From positions 29,774 to 93,773 of the forward strand of contig MGFA01000019.1 in the NCBI GenBank assembly GCA_001791645.1: a stretch of DNA of 64,000 nucleotides, read 5' to 3'. Source of the DNA: Candidatus Uhrbacteria bacterium RIFOXYB12_FULL_58_10 (GTDB lineage: Bacteria > Patescibacteriota > Patescibacteriia > UBA9934 > GWF2-40-263). The stretch's first letter is position 1. Each line of letters begins with the position of its first letter. Under the pieces are notes generated by a model. The model was given only the letters and a program-made list of their open reading frames with translations. It searched no databases and was not told the origin of the DNA. The translations under genes were made by a program, and so were the position numbers. Shown here in pieces: positions 26,239-37,253 of this stretch.

Positions 26239-26748
26239 CTATAAATATCGAATCACGAAAGACGTGACCGCGATGCCGACCACGGCTCCGGCAAGAACGT
26301 CGGTGAAGTAATGGACGCGCATTGCAACCCGACCGACGGACACCAGTATGGCAAGGCAAAAGGCGATCCAAAACAGCAGCGTATCTTGCAGCGCGTGCGT
26401 CGCAGTGACAAGCGCAAACGCGATCGTCGCATGGCCGGACGGAAACGATGGCGGAACCCACAGCATCTCGACCGCAAGCCGGCGCCCCTGCTCCTGAAAC
26501 GGGCGGCGGCGTCGGAATGCGTACTCAAGCACGAGCGTCACGAACCAGGAAAGAAAAATCCCGAAAATCAGACGCAAAACGAAGCTGTCCACCATGGCCT
26601 TGGAGAGATAGTAAACGACCAATCCGAATCCGCCGGCCATAAACCAGATGAGCTGGGAGGCGCACATGTCCCCGATCTTTCGCAAGACCGCGTTGCGTTG
26701 CACGACGTCGGCGATGCGCTTTGAGAAGCGCGCGTCCAGAGTGATCAT
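26239..26748 (-). CDS. PAP2-family membrane phosphatase.
   Basis: PSFPSGHAT and GRVAMRVHYFTDVLAG motifs. Confidence 0.8.
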   Translation of the reverse strand: MITLDARFSKRIADVVQRNAVLRKIGDMCASQLIWFMAGGFGLVVYYLSKAMVDSFVLRLIFGIFLSWFVTLVLEYAFRRRRPFQEQGRRLAVEMLWVPPSFPSGHATIAFALVTATHALQDTLLFWIAFCLAILVSVGRVAMRVHYFTDVLAGAVVGIAVTSFVIRYL

Positions 26749-26824
26749 ACGAACATTGGTAGTTGCTAAAATTTATACTCACGGCCTGCAATCTTCACGC
26801 GGATCGCGGCACAATTCTCTTACA

Positions 26825-27418
26825 CTAACATATCACGCCCGCATCCACGAGCGCTTGAAAATGCTCCGGCCGTTCGCGCCGGATAAACTCAACTACCTTT
26901 CCACGAATGGCGTCCGCGGACAGACCGTGCGCCATCGCGTACGCATCCACGCGCGCGGAGGCCGCGTCCGCGTCCTTTTCATCCTCGACCATGATTTCGA
27001 TTTCCGCGAGCGCGTATCCGAAATCCGCGACGTCCAGATCAATGCAAAATTCATGATCGCGATATTTGCGTCGGGTCGTGACGATGCGCGCGCACGGCAC
27101 ATATCCCGCGGTTCGCAAAACGTCTTCGAACGGCCCGTCGCCGTCAAGGCCGATCGCCATTCGAATTTTCTCTTCCGTTTCCAATTCTCGATACTGCGTT
27201 ACCCCACGCAATATGCCCGGACTTATCGCATGAAGCGCGATCTTGATTTCCCAACGACCATTCCGCCTTCGCAGCCACCAATCCTTGCGAGTCAATGAAA
27301 AATTGGTCGTATCCCAATATTCGTCATCCTGTCTGACTTCCTTTACGAATTCGGCATCGACAACCAGGCGTTCTTCATCTCCGGGTTGCAACGCGAATTT
27401 TTTTTCGATCTCAATCAT
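26825..27418 (-). CDS. CYTH-domain (triphosphate tunnel metalloenzyme) protein.
   Basis: N-terminal EIEKKF signature, 197 aa. Confidence 0.7.
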   Translation of the reverse strand: MIEIEKKFALQPGDEERLVVDAEFVKEVRQDDEYWDTTNFSLTRKDWWLRRRNGRWEIKIALHAISPGILRGVTQYRELETEEKIRMAIGLDGDGPFEDVLRTAGYVPCARIVTTRRKYRDHEFCIDLDVADFGYALAEIEIMVEDEKDADAASARVDAYAMAHGLSADAIRGKVVEFIRRERPEHFQALVDAGVIC

Positions 27419-29001
27419 AACAGCGATGCACCCGTCATTTCCGACGGCTGAGGGATGTTCATCACGGCCAAAATCGTTGGCGCGACATCCGCGAGCATAC
27501 CAATGGGCGAGAGCAATGAGAGGTCGCCGTCTGGAACTTCCCCGGAGGCGGACGGCTTTCCCTCAAACTCCTTCCCTACGATCACGAACGGTACCGGATT
27601 CGTCGCATGTTCCTTATCGATGTCGCCGGTGCGAAGATTCTTCAGTTCCTCGGCGTTTCCGTGGTCAGCGGTGATGAACGCAACCCCGCCGGCCGCGAGC
27701 GTGGCATCGACTACGCGCCCGACGCACGCGTCAACGGTTTCCACGGCCTCGATCGTGGCATCTAACACTCCGGTGTGCCCGACCATATCCGGATTCGCAT
27801 AGTTCAAAACGATGAAGTCATGGCCCCCTCCCTGAATCTCCCTCACGACTCGGTCGGTAATTTCGTTGGCGCTCATTGCCGGCGCCTGGTCATATGACGC
27901 GACTTGCGGAGACGGAATAATCACGCGGTCTTCGCCGGGAAACGGATTCTCATAGGTGCCATTTAGAAAAAAAGTCACGTGCGCGTACTTTTCAGTCTCG
28001 GCGATATGAAGCTGGGTGAGCCCGTTGTCAGAAATCACCTTGGCAAGGCAGTTCGCAACCTTCTCCGCCGGGTATGCGACCTCAACGGGAAGGCCCGCCT
28101 CGTACTCCGCCATGGTGACGAACAACAGGTCGTTTACCTTCTGGCGCGGAAACCTGCCGAAGTCCGGCAACACGAACGCCTTGGTGAGCTCGCGCGCCCG
28201 GTCCGGACGAAAATTGAAAAAAATCGCGGCGTCACCGTCCTTCACGGTCGCGACCGGCGCGCCATTTTCTTCGATGACCGTCGGGGGAAACTGCTCGTCG
28301 TACACCTCCTTCGCGTAACTGGCCCTCAGGGCCCCAATGGCATCGGCGGCTTTTTCTCCATCGCCCCTTGCCATCGCGTTGTATGCCTTTTCCACGCGGT
28401 CCCACCGGTTATCGCGATCCATGGCAAAATACCGTCCGCTCATGGACGCGATTTTTCCAACGCCGAGCTCCGTCATCTTCTCCTGAAGCGTCGTGATGAA
28501 ATCGATTCCCGCGTTGTAGATGGTGTCGCGCCCATCAAGAACCGCGTGCACGAATACCTTCGTAATCCCCTGGTCCTTGGCGAGCCTCAGAAGGGCGTGG
28601 CAGTGTTCGTCCATGGCATGCACGCGTCCGGCGCTCACGAGCCCGATGAGGTGAAGCGCGGAATCATTTTTCTTCACGTGCTCGACCGCCCTGAGAAAAG
28701 CCGGGTTCTTGAAGAAATCAGCCGTCGCGATGTCACGGTTGATGCGCGGGAACAACTGGTAGTAGACGCGCCCAGCGCCAATGGCAAGGTGTCCGACCTC
28801 GGAATTACCCATTTCGCCCCAGGACAAGCCGACCTCCTCGCCAGAGGCACGCAGCGTCATCGTTGGATAGGCACGGATGAGTTCCTTCCATCTGGGCGTT
28901 TCTGCGTGCGTGATGGCATTTCCCTCGGAATCCGGCGCCACGCCGAATCCGTCAATAATCAGCAGGACGGCCGGACGCGGTCGATATTTTTTTTCGTCCA
29001 T
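27415..29001 (-). CDS. gpmI: 2,3-bisphosphoglycerate-independent phosphoglycerate mutase.
   Basis: AVLLIIDGFG, metalloenzyme and iPGM motifs. About 528 aa. Confidence 0.9.
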   Translation of the reverse strand: MDEKKYRPRPAVLLIIDGFGVAPDSEGNAITHAETPRWKELIRAYPTMTLRASGEEVGLSWGEMGNSEVGHLAIGAGRVYYQLFPRINRDIATADFFKNPAFLRAVEHVKKNDSALHLIGLVSAGRVHAMDEHCHALLRLAKDQGITKVFVHAVLDGRDTIYNAGIDFITTLQEKMTELGVGKIASMSGRYFAMDRDNRWDRVEKAYNAMARGDGEKAADAIGALRASYAKEVYDEQFPPTVIEENGAPVATVKDGDAAIFFNFRPDRARELTKAFVLPDFGRFPRQKVNDLLFVTMAEYEAGLPVEVAYPAEKVANCLAKVISDNGLTQLHIAETEKYAHVTFFLNGTYENPFPGEDRVIIPSPQVASYDQAPAMSANEITDRVVREIQGGGHDFIVLNYANPDMVGHTGVLDATIEAVETVDACVGRVVDATLAAGGVAFITADHGNAEELKNLRTGDIDKEHATNPVPFVIVGKEFEGKPSASGEVPDGDLSLLSPIGMLADVAPTILAVMNIPQPSEMTGASLL

Positions 29002-29054
29002 AGTGTCGCCATTGTAAGGCATCGGGAGAAAAGAAAAAAGGCGGGAAGAACCGC

Positions 29055-29537
29055 CTACGAAGGGAGGGCCACGATGGCCTGTTCGGCTCGAACGTCGCCG
29101 GGAACGATATCGAGCACGCGATTGAGCGCGGACCGGGCCTCGTCATGGCGCCCAAGCGCGACCAGGCAGAGACCGACGTTGTAGTGCGCGCGATAGTCGC
29201 GACTGTCACGGCGCACCATGCCGTTGAACACGTCGAGGGCACCCGCGTGATCTCCACGCGCCTGGCGCACCTTGCCAAGACACATCCACGCGGCCATTTC
29301 GTGCGAGGACGTCGAGTTTCCGACCCGTTCCTCCACGATCCGTGACACCAGATCGGCATCTACGTTGAGCAGCGGCTTGGCCGTGCGCCAGCAAGGCCTG
29401 GCCGCGAGCCTGGACCAGGGATCCATGGTACGAAGGTAAACGTCTGGGTGCAGCTCACGCAACAGAAACAGGTCGACGGCGCTTACAAGCGTCACGTCGG
29501 GAATCGATGACCCACGTCGCATCGACAGTTCCTCCAT
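29055..29537 (-). CDS. TPR-repeat protein.
   Basis: Repeated AxxxxGxxxxAxxxF/Y-like TPR units (AHYNVGLCLVALGRHDEARSALNRVL). Confidence 0.55.
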   Translation of the reverse strand: MEELSMRRGSSIPDVTLVSAVDLFLLRELHPDVYLRTMDPWSRLAARPCWRTAKPLLNVDADLVSRIVEERVGNSTSSHEMAAWMCLGKVRQARGDHAGALDVFNGMVRRDSRDYRAHYNVGLCLVALGRHDEARSALNRVLDIVPGDVRAEQAIVALPS

Positions 29538-29590
29538 GGCCGCGAATCAAAACGCGGCAGGGCGCAATCCTACCGCGATCATGCGGGATG

Positions 29591-30868
29591 TCAAGAGGTC
29601 GGAGCCTCTGCGAGAATTTCCTCCTCGATTTCCATCAGCCGATTGTACTTCGCCAGACGCTCGGAGCGCGAAAGCGATCCAGTCTTGATATATTCCGCGT
29701 TCACCGCGACCGCGAGGTCGGCGATGGTAGTGTCCGAAGTTTCACCGGAGCGATGCGAAACGGAAACCGCGTATCCGTTTTGCTGCGCGAGTAAAATGGC
29801 ATCCATGGTTTCGGAAAGCGTCCCGATCTGGTTGACTTTGATAAGAATCGCGTTCGCGCACCCCATCTCAATCCCCTTGCACAACCGATCCGCGTTCGTG
29901 ACGAAAAAATCGTCGCCTACCAACGCGAGTTTCTTTCCGAGACGCTCGGTCAGTTTCTTCCACCCGTCCCAGTCGTCCTCCGCCAGCCCATCCTCGAGCG
30001 ACACGATCGGATACTTCTTTGCCCACATTTCCCACATTTCAATCATCTGGTCGGACGTGAGGGTTTTCTTGTCGACGCGCAACACGTAGCGTTTTTTTTT
30101 CGCGTCGTACACCTCGGACGTCGCCGGATCCATCGCGAGCATCACGTCCTTCCCTGGCATGTAGCCCGCGTCCTGAATGGCCTGCGTGATGTGCTTGAAG
30201 GCGTCCTCGTTTCGCGCGAGCTTGACCGCGTACCCGCCTTCGTCGCCCTTGAGCGTTGAGAATCCCTTTTTCTTTAAGAGGCGCCCGAGGGCATGAAACA
30301 CCTCGGACCCACAACGCACGCGCTCCGCGAACCTACGCTGGCGCGGGACGATCATGAACTCCTGAAAGTCGAGAATCCATCCGGCATGCGCGCCGCCGTT
30401 CAGGATGTTCATCGTGGGAGTCGGCAAGCGATATACGTCGGACGGCAAGCCATAGGCACGGCGGATCCACTGATAGAGCGGCATGCGTTTGGCCCGCGCG
30501 GCCGCGTGCGCGCAGGCAAGCGACACGCCAAGGATCGCGTTCGCGCCGAGCTTCGACTTGTTCGCGGTCCCGTCGAGAATCAGCATGCGCGAGTCGACTT
30601 CGCGCTGGCGCGTGGCGTCCATGCCGACGAGTGTCTGAGCGATCGGGCCGTTTACGTTCTTCACTGCCTTCAATACGCCCAATCCCCCATACCGCTTCGC
30701 GTCTCCATCGCGCAACTCCAAGGCCTCGTGGACCCCCGTCGACGCTCCGCTTGGCACGCTCGCCGAGCCGCTCACGCCATTTTGCAACAAAACAGTCACC
30801 TCGAGCGTCGGGTTTCCGCGCGAATCAATGATCTCATGCGCGTGAACGTACTCAATGGCATTGGACAT
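29591..30868 (-). CDS. eno: Enolase.
   Basis: Full-length enolase with SHRSGETED-type motif ([10 protein letters not shown]). Confidence 0.95.
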   Translation of the reverse strand: MSNAIEYVHAHEIIDSRGNPTLEVTVLLQNGVSGSASVPSGASTGVHEALELRDGDAKRYGGLGVLKAVKNVNGPIAQTLVGMDATRQREVDSRMLILDGTANKSKLGANAILGVSLACAHAAARAKRMPLYQWIRRAYGLPSDVYRLPTPTMNILNGGAHAGWILDFQEFMIVPRQRRFAERVRCGSEVFHALGRLLKKKGFSTLKGDEGGYAVKLARNEDAFKHITQAIQDAGYMPGKDVMLAMDPATSEVYDAKKKRYVLRVDKKTLTSDQMIEMWEMWAKKYPIVSLEDGLAEDDWDGWKKLTERLGKKLALVGDDFFVTNADRLCKGIEMGCANAILIKVNQIGTLSETMDAILLAQQNGYAVSVSHRSGETSDTTIADLAVAVNAEYIKTGSLSRSERLAKYNRLMEIEEEILAEAPTS

Positions 30869-30869
30869 A

Positions 30870-31118
30870 TTACGTGTTGAGCTTTTCCTTAAGGACGTTT
30901 GACATGCGGCTGAGCTTGGTCGTGACCAAAACGACGATGACCGTAATGAGGATCGCGTACAAGAACTTTGCGATCAGCCCGCCTTGCTCCGGGAACAACA
31001 GTTTGAATAAATCCTGAATGGCCTGATTCCACGCAAGACCGGCAACCAATCCGAATCCGGCCGCCACGAGCGTGGTCATCTTTTCGACGAGTTCCAATTT
31101 GAGGGCGTTACTCATCAT
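30870..31118 (-). CDS. Small hypothetical membrane protein (82 aa, 2 TM helices).
   Basis: Hydrophobic hairpin. Lies between eno and pgk with tight spacing. Confidence 0.55.
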   Translation of the reverse strand: MMSNALKLELVEKMTTLVAAGFGLVAGLAWNQAIQDLFKLLFPEQGGLIAKFLYAILITVIVVLVTTKLSRMSNVLKEKLNT

Positions 31119-32299
31119 ACTTCGAGCGCTTTAATGCCAGGCATTTTTTCCCCGGCCAAAAATTCCAGCATGGCTCCTCCTCCCGTGGATAGCAGCGTAA
31201 ATCGATCCGCGACGCCCGCGGCCTCGACGACCGGAATGGTGTCGCCTCCTCCGACGACCGTGACGGCGCTGCGCGTACGCGAGGCGATCGCCCGAGCGAT
31301 TTCGAACGATCCCGCGCAAAACGGCTCGCGCTCGCAGTATCCGAACGGACCATTCCACACGACCATTTTCGCGCGCTGGATCTCCTCCTTGTACCGACGG
31401 AGCGTTTCCGGCCCAACGTCCACGACACGATCCGTCTTTCGAATGTCCTCGACGGCGACCGTCCGACGCGACGCGTCCTTGCGAAGGCTCTTTGCCACCA
31501 CCACGTCGGTTGGAAGCCAGATTTTTCCACCCCATTCTCCCAAAATCTTCCGGGCGTCCGCCACCCCGTTCTGATCGTATGCCGAACGGCCGATTTCACG
31601 TTCCTGCGCCGCAAAAAACGCATGCGCGAGCGCGCCGCCAACTATGACGCGATCCGCCTCGGGCGCGAGACTGCGAAGCACGGGAAGCTTGTCTTTCATT
31701 TTCAACCCGCCCATGACGAGTACGAACGGATGCTTTGGATGCCTCATAACCCTTTCGAGCACTTCGACCTCGGTCGCAAGCTGCGGCCCCGCGTAACTCG
31801 TCAACTCGGAGGTAATGGCATCAACCGACGCATGCGCGCGATGCGACACGGCAAAGGCATCGTTCATGTAGATATCGCCAAGCTGTGAGAGTGCGTCCGC
31901 GAGAGCCGTCGAATTCCGTTCCTCACCCGGATCGAACCGCACGTTCTCAAGCATGATGACGTCGCCGTTTTTCATCTGACGAACCAAACGACGCGCGGAC
32001 GGGCCGACGATGTCATGGGCAACGCGCACCTCGGTCACAAGCAGCCCGGACAAACGCTTGGCCACCGGGCGCACCGAGTAAGCCGGCACGCGCTTGCCGC
32101 CAGGACGCCCAAGATGGGTCATGACGATCACTTTCGCTCCACGTTGACGGAGCCACTCAATGTCCACGGCCGCGCGCGCAATTTTTCCGTGCGGACCGTC
32201 AGCGGCTTTCCCTTTCGCGATGGGAACATTCGCGTCAATTCGAAGCAAGACTCGTTTTCCGGATAAGTTCACACCATTGCGCAGGGTCCGAAGCCGCAT
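31115..32299 (-). CDS. pgk: Phosphoglycerate kinase.
   Basis: RIDANVPI, GGGA...GK and other PGK motifs. Confidence 0.95.
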   Translation of the reverse strand: MRLRTLRNGVNLSGKRVLLRIDANVPIAKGKAADGPHGKIARAAVDIEWLRQRGAKVIVMTHLGRPGGKRVPAYSVRPVAKRLSGLLVTEVRVAHDIVGPSARRLVRQMKNGDVIMLENVRFDPGEERNSTALADALSQLGDIYMNDAFAVSHRAHASVDAITSELTSYAGPQLATEVEVLERVMRHPKHPFVLVMGGLKMKDKLPVLRSLAPEADRVIVGGALAHAFFAAQEREIGRSAYDQNGVADARKILGEWGGKIWLPTDVVVAKSLRKDASRRTVAVEDIRKTDRVVDVGPETLRRYKEEIQRAKMVVWNGPFGYCEREPFCAGSFEIARAIASRTRSAVTVVGGGDTIPVVEAAGVADRFTLLSTGGGAMLEFLAGEKMPGIKALEV

Positions 32300-32341
32300 A
32301 ACGCTGGCAGTGTATCACAAAATAAATGCGAGGGCGCGGGT

Positions 32342-33616
32342 CTAATCATTTTTCGCGTAAACGGACGATCCGGTTCTCCAAAGCTTCCAGGCAGACCGGG
32401 GTGCAAGAACGGAAAGAAAGTACATGAGGTCCACGGCCTTGAGCACGAGGTACCCGATCCTTCCATACAATCGCATGACCCCAAGATCCGCAATGGCATA
32501 CTTGCCGCCTACCGGAAGGATCATCGTCCATCGTTCCGGAGGATTCCAAAGCGTCGGTGCCTTGCGTTCCAAATGCCGGACGATATTTTCCGCGACGATG
32601 CCCGCCTCACGCACCGCGGCCTGTGCCAACGCGGGAACGCGGACATTCGTCTTTGGATGTAAAAAAGAGGCGCAGTCACCAAGCGCATACACCCCCCTCA
32701 TTCCCTCGACGGCAAACGCCCGATCGATCTTTATGAATCCATGTTCATCCACGGGCAATCCCCACTCCCTCACAAATGCGTGAGACTTCATTCCGGCCGT
32801 CCACACGGTCACGTCCGCCGGTTCGTCGTACACGGATCCGTCCGTCTTACATAAAGAGACAGACTCGAATCGCACTTCCTTCAAGGAAACGCCCGCGAGC
32901 GCCTTCACGCCAAGCGAAACCAACCGTTGTTTCGCTTTCTCACGAATCCGGGACGAAAAAGACGGCAATATCTCCGGCCCTGACTCCACGATGGTCACGT
33001 GAAAATGCCCTGGACGCACCGTTCCTTTCGCCACAAGACGCTGAAAGTAATTCGCAAGCTCCGCCACGAACTCCACGCCCGTTGCACCTCCGCCGACGAC
33101 CACGAACGAAATCTGACGGCTCGTTTCCCTCGCGTACGTTTTCAAAGACGCATGGATGCGATCGCGTACGCGAAATCCGTCGCGTAGCGTTTTTAGCGGG
33201 ATTGCATGTTCCAGAACGCCTGGGATGCCATAGGTCGCCGTTTCAGCCCCAACGGCTATGACCAGATCGTCGTATGGAAGCCGTTTGCCATCCGAAAGAA
33301 GCACGGTCCGGCTTTCCTGTTCCATGCCAAGCACCGCGCCTCGCACAAACCGGACGTTCTTCTTGGCCGCGACGTTCGCGTACGCGTCGAACCGCACGGA
33401 CACGCCGCGTTCAATCTCGTCTGCGCATGCCTTCCCGGACAATTCCAATTCCCCGCTCGCTACTTCATACAGCAACGGCGTGTAGAGGTGCGCGTCGTTC
33501 TGATCAACGAGCGTAACGGAACAATCCTTGATGCGCGCGCGACGCTTCGCGAGCTCAAACGCGGTTTTGAGCCCGCCAAACCCGCCGCCCACGATGACAA
33601 TCCGATGCGGTTCCAT
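32342..33616 (-). CDS. ndh: Type II NADH dehydrogenase (FAD pyridine-nucleotide disulfide oxidoreductase).
   Basis: IVIVGGGFGGL and a second Rossmann motif VVVGGGATGVE. Confidence 0.85.
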   Translation of the reverse strand: MEPHRIVIVGGGFGGLKTAFELAKRRARIKDCSVTLVDQNDAHLYTPLLYEVASGELELSGKACADEIERGVSVRFDAYANVAAKKNVRFVRGAVLGMEQESRTVLLSDGKRLPYDDLVIAVGAETATYGIPGVLEHAIPLKTLRDGFRVRDRIHASLKTYARETSRQISFVVVGGGATGVEFVAELANYFQRLVAKGTVRPGHFHVTIVESGPEILPSFSSRIREKAKQRLVSLGVKALAGVSLKEVRFESVSLCKTDGSVYDEPADVTVWTAGMKSHAFVREWGLPVDEHGFIKIDRAFAVEGMRGVYALGDCASFLHPKTNVRVPALAQAAVREAGIVAENIVRHLERKAPTLWNPPERWTMILPVGGKYAIADLGVMRLYGRIGYLVLKAVDLMYFLSVLAPRSAWKLWRTGSSVYAKND

Positions 33617-33638
33617 TTTGTTTCCTGTCTCTCAAATG

Positions 33639-34646
33639 TTAAAGCCCGCCGACGTACTCGGCCATTTCCACGAGGCGATTCGAATACCCCCATTCGTTGT
33701 CGTACCATGCGAGGACTTTCACGAGATCGCCGTCAACCACACGGGTCATCTCCAGGTCAACGACCGTAGAAAATGTCGATCCAATGAAGTCGGATGATAC
33801 GAGCGGAACCTCGGAAACGCCGACGATACCCTTCCACCGAGGAGAGGAGGCCGCTTTCTTGAACGCCGCGTTGATTTCCTCGGGGGTTACTTTCTTTTTC
33901 AAAACGAACGTGAAGTCCGAAAGGGACACGTCAAGCGTCGGAACGCGAATCGCGATGCCGTCGAACTTGCCCTTGAGCTCGGGAACCGCCTCGCTCGTTG
34001 CCTTCGCGGCGCCCGTCGAGGTCGGAACGATATTGACGAGCGCGGCGCGCGCGCGGCGCAGGTCCGGATGAAGCTTTGGTGGCAGGCCGTCCACCACGTT
34101 CTGCTCCGCGGTCACCGAATGGACCGTGGTCATCATGGCCTTCTTCACGCCAAAGGCTTCCGTCATAATCTGCGCGATCGGAGCGATGGAGTTCGTGGTG
34201 CACGACGCATTGTTGACGATCGCGTCGGACGCCTTCACTGTTTTGTGATTCACTCCCATGAGCACGGTTGGAACGTTCTTTGCCGGAGCGGAAATCACGA
34301 CGCGATGCGCCCCCGCAACCAAATGCGCGGACGCCGCTTCCTTGCTCGTGAATCGCCCGGTCGACTCGATGACCACGTCGACCTTGTGCCGTTTCCATGG
34401 CAGCATGGCCGGATCGGTCTCGGCGATAATCGGAATTTGGTGGCCGTCGACGATCAGATGACCTTCGTCAAACCCGACCTCGTGGTCCCAGGTGCGGAAC
34501 ACCGAGTCGTATTTGAGCAGATGCGCGAGGATCCTCGGCTCGGTAAGATCGTTGATGGCGACGATCTTCATCCCTTTCCGTCCCCAGCCGACGCGAAACG
34601 TCTGACGGCCAATGCGGCCAAACCCGTTGATGGCAATACGTATCAT
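33639..34646 (-). CDS. gap: Glyceraldehyde-3-phosphate dehydrogenase.
   Basis: INGFGRIGR and the catalytic SCTTN motif (ASCTTNS). Confidence 0.95.
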   Translation of the reverse strand: MIRIAINGFGRIGRQTFRVGWGRKGMKIVAINDLTEPRILAHLLKYDSVFRTWDHEVGFDEGHLIVDGHQIPIIAETDPAMLPWKRHKVDVVIESTGRFTSKEAASAHLVAGAHRVVISAPAKNVPTVLMGVNHKTVKASDAIVNNASCTTNSIAPIAQIMTEAFGVKKAMMTTVHSVTAEQNVVDGLPPKLHPDLRRARAALVNIVPTSTGAAKATSEAVPELKGKFDGIAIRVPTLDVSLSDFTFVLKKKVTPEEINAAFKKAASSPRWKGIVGVSEVPLVSSDFIGSTFSTVVDLEMTRVVDGDLVKVLAWYDNEWGYSNRLVEMAEYVGGL

Positions 34647-34726
34647 AGGCCCTTAGTATATCAGAAAATCAAAAGAACCAGGATCCAAAATGATACCTGG
34701 CTCTGGTTCTTTGCATTTTCGGCCCG

Positions 34727-35314
34727 TTATCCAATCTGGAACCGGCTAAACCGGCTGACTTGGATGTTCTCGCCAATTGTGGCGATTTTGGCTTTCACGA
34801 ACTCGTCGACAGTTGTGTCCTCGTCCTTGATAAACGGCTGCTCGAGCAGGCACACGTCGCTGAAATACTTGTTCAGTTTTCCTTCCACGATCTTTTCGAC
34901 GATCTCCGCTGGCTTGGCTTGTTCGGCCATCTCCGCAGCATAGATCTCCCTCTCCTTCGCGACGACCTCCGCCGGAACGTCCTCGCGTTTCACGTAGAGC
35001 GGGTCCGCGGCGGAAATGTGCATGGCAAGGTCATGACAAAGTTCGGTAAACGCCTCGTTGCGCGCGACGAAGTCCGTTTCGCACAGCACTTCAACCATGG
35101 CTCCGAGCTTGCCATTGCTATGGATATAGGAGAACACGCGGCCTTCCTTCGTTGCCCGATCGGACTTCGACGCCGCCTTGGCAAGTCCTTTCGCGCGCAG
35201 CGCCTCGGCCGCGGCGGTCAGGTCGCCGTTCGTTCCTTCGAGTGACTTCTTGGCATCCATCATGCCAGCGCCAGTCATTTCGCGCAGCTGCGCGACGAGT
35301 TTTGCATCGATCAT
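34727..35314 (-). CDS. tsf: Elongation factor Ts.
   Basis: LREMTGAGMMDAKKSL N-terminal UBA-like motif. Start is MIDAKLV; the ORF track adds 11 aa. Confidence 0.85.
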   Translation of the reverse strand: MIDAKLVAQLREMTGAGMMDAKKSLEGTNGDLTAAAEALRAKGLAKAASKSDRATKEGRVFSYIHSNGKLGAMVEVLCETDFVARNEAFTELCHDLAMHISAADPLYVKREDVPAEVVAKEREIYAAEMAEQAKPAEIVEKIVEGKLNKYFSDVCLLEQPFIKDEDTTVDEFVKAKIATIGENIQVSRFSRFQIG

Positions 35315-35350
35315 AATGAGCTTGTTAGCTAACTCCCTCACTCCCAAAAT

Positions 35351-36088
35351 TTATACCGCCTTTGGTGTTTGCTCCACCTGCTTTTGCAGCGCGGCGCGCT
35401 TGGCTTCCACCACGCCTTCCAATACGGCCTCAGAAATAAGGCTTGTGATGAGATCAATGGACTTCACGGCATCGTCGTTGGCAGGAATCACGTAATTTAC
35501 CCCGTCCGGATTCACGTTGGTGTCACAAATTGCGACCACCTTGGTACCGATCACGTTTGCCTCGTCCACGGCGGTCTTCTCCATGCGGATGTCCACCACG
35601 AAGATCGCCTCCGGCGGCTTCTCTAGCATCTGGATACCACCGACCTTGTGCTCCATCTCTTCGATCTCGCGACCAAGGATGATCTGTTCCTTTTTCGTAT
35701 ACTTCTTGAGCTCGCCCTTCTCACGCTGATCCTTCAGGGTACGCAGGCGCTTGAGGGTATGCTTGATCTGCGCGAAGTTGGTGAGCGTCCCGCCGAGCCA
35801 GCGCTGCGTGACATACGGCATACCGCACGCCTTCGCATACTTCTCAACGATCGGCTGCGCCTGGCGCTTCGTGCCGACGAACAGCACGTTTCCGCCGCGG
35901 GCCGCGACGGACTTCACGAACGCGAGCGCGTCCGGGAGCATCTGCTGTGTCTTTTCCAGGTCCACGATGTGGATCCCGCCGCGCGAACCAAAAATGAAAT
36001 TCTTCATCTTTGGATGCCAGCGCGAGGTCTGGTGGCCGAAATGGACTCCGGCTTGGAGCATTTCGACCAGGTTTGGCAACTTGGCCAT
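35351..36088 (-). CDS. rpsB: 30S ribosomal protein S2.
   Basis: LLEAGVHFGHQTSRW-like N-terminus (MLQAGVHFGHQTSRW). Confidence 0.95.
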   Translation of the reverse strand: MAKLPNLVEMLQAGVHFGHQTSRWHPKMKNFIFGSRGGIHIVDLEKTQQMLPDALAFVKSVAARGGNVLFVGTKRQAQPIVEKYAKACGMPYVTQRWLGGTLTNFAQIKHTLKRLRTLKDQREKGELKKYTKKEQIILGREIEEMEHKVGGIQMLEKPPEAIFVVDIRMEKTAVDEANVIGTKVVAICDTNVNPDGVNYVIPANDDAVKSIDLITSLISEAVLEGVVEAKRAALQKQVEQTPKAV

Positions 36089-36227
36089 ACGATATTTTCC
36101 TTTTAACACCGACGGGCCGCCGCGGGCCCCAGCACTTGCCAGGGAGGATCCGAGCGCGGTTAACCCCCGTCTGTTTGATTTATGCGCGGAGTATAAAGGA
36201 AGAGTTGATTTTGGTCAACCACAACTC

Positions 36228-37253
36228 CTATCGAATAAACATGGCATCGCCGAAAGAAAAGAAACGATAGCCCAGACGAACCGCTTCCCCGTAGGCGGCA
36301 AGGACACGCTCACGGCCGGCGAAAGCGGAAACAAGCACGAGAAGCGTGGACTTCGGCAAATGGAAGTTGGTGATCAGGCCGTCGATGATCCTAAAGTCAA
36401 AACCCGGCGTGATGAACAGATTCACGTCGCCGACAAATCCCGTTTCCGGCACGCCGCTTCCCTCGAGCGAGCGTACCGTCGTCGTTCCAACCGCGATCAC
36501 GCGCCGACCTTCGCGCTTTGCCGCGTTTATCCTCGACGCGGTGCCGGCATTGATCAAAACGAACTCCCGGTGCATCTCGTGTTCCTCGAGCGTTGCGACC
36601 TTCACCGGCCGGAACGTCCCAATGCCGACGTGCAGCGTGACGAACTCGAACTGCACGCCCTTCTCTTTCAACGACGCGATCAGCTCCGGCGTAAAGTGAA
36701 ACCCGGCGGTCGGAGCCGCCACCGATCCGGTTTCCTTCGCATAGACGGTCTGGTAATCCTCGAGCTTTTCCGGAACATGATCAACGTATGGCGGAACCGG
36801 GATCCTTCCATGCACATCCGAAAACGCCAGCACCTCGTCGATGCCAACTTCAAACGCAAGCGTCGCCGTGCCATCCTCGTGCTTCCCGACGACCGTTGCG
36901 ACCAACCCGCCGAGATCAAACGCGTCGCCAATCTTCGCCTTGCGCCCGGGCCTGAGCAACGCCGACCACTCCTTCCCATCCCCACGCAACAAAAAGACCT
37001 CCGCTATTTTAGATTCTCCATTTTTCAGTTTGCACTCCCCGCTCAATCTCGCTCGAAAGACCTTCGTGTCATTCATCACCAGCACATCACCAGCGCACAG
37101 CTCGTCCTCGATGTCAAAAAATCGCCTATGCTCAACCTTGCCGGTCGCTCGACCAAGCAAAAGCAACCGCGAGTGGTCACGCGGCCGTGCCGGCTCCTGA
37201 GCGATTTGTTCCGACGGAAGATGATAAGAAAACAGATCAATCGACGTCCCCAT
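36228..37253 (-). CDS. queA: S-adenosylmethionine:tRNA ribosyltransferase-isomerase.
   Basis: FSYHLPSEQIAQEPARPRDHSRLL and other QueA motifs. Confidence 0.9.
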   Translation of the reverse strand: MGTSIDLFSYHLPSEQIAQEPARPRDHSRLLLLGRATGKVEHRRFFDIEDELCAGDVLVMNDTKVFRARLSGECKLKNGESKIAEVFLLRGDGKEWSALLRPGRKAKIGDAFDLGGLVATVVGKHEDGTATLAFEVGIDEVLAFSDVHGRIPVPPYVDHVPEKLEDYQTVYAKETGSVAAPTAGFHFTPELIASLKEKGVQFEFVTLHVGIGTFRPVKVATLEEHEMHREFVLINAGTASRINAAKREGRRVIAVGTTTVRSLEGSGVPETGFVGDVNLFITPGFDFRIIDGLITNFHLPKSTLLVLVSAFAGRERVLAAYGEAVRLGYRFFSFGDAMFIR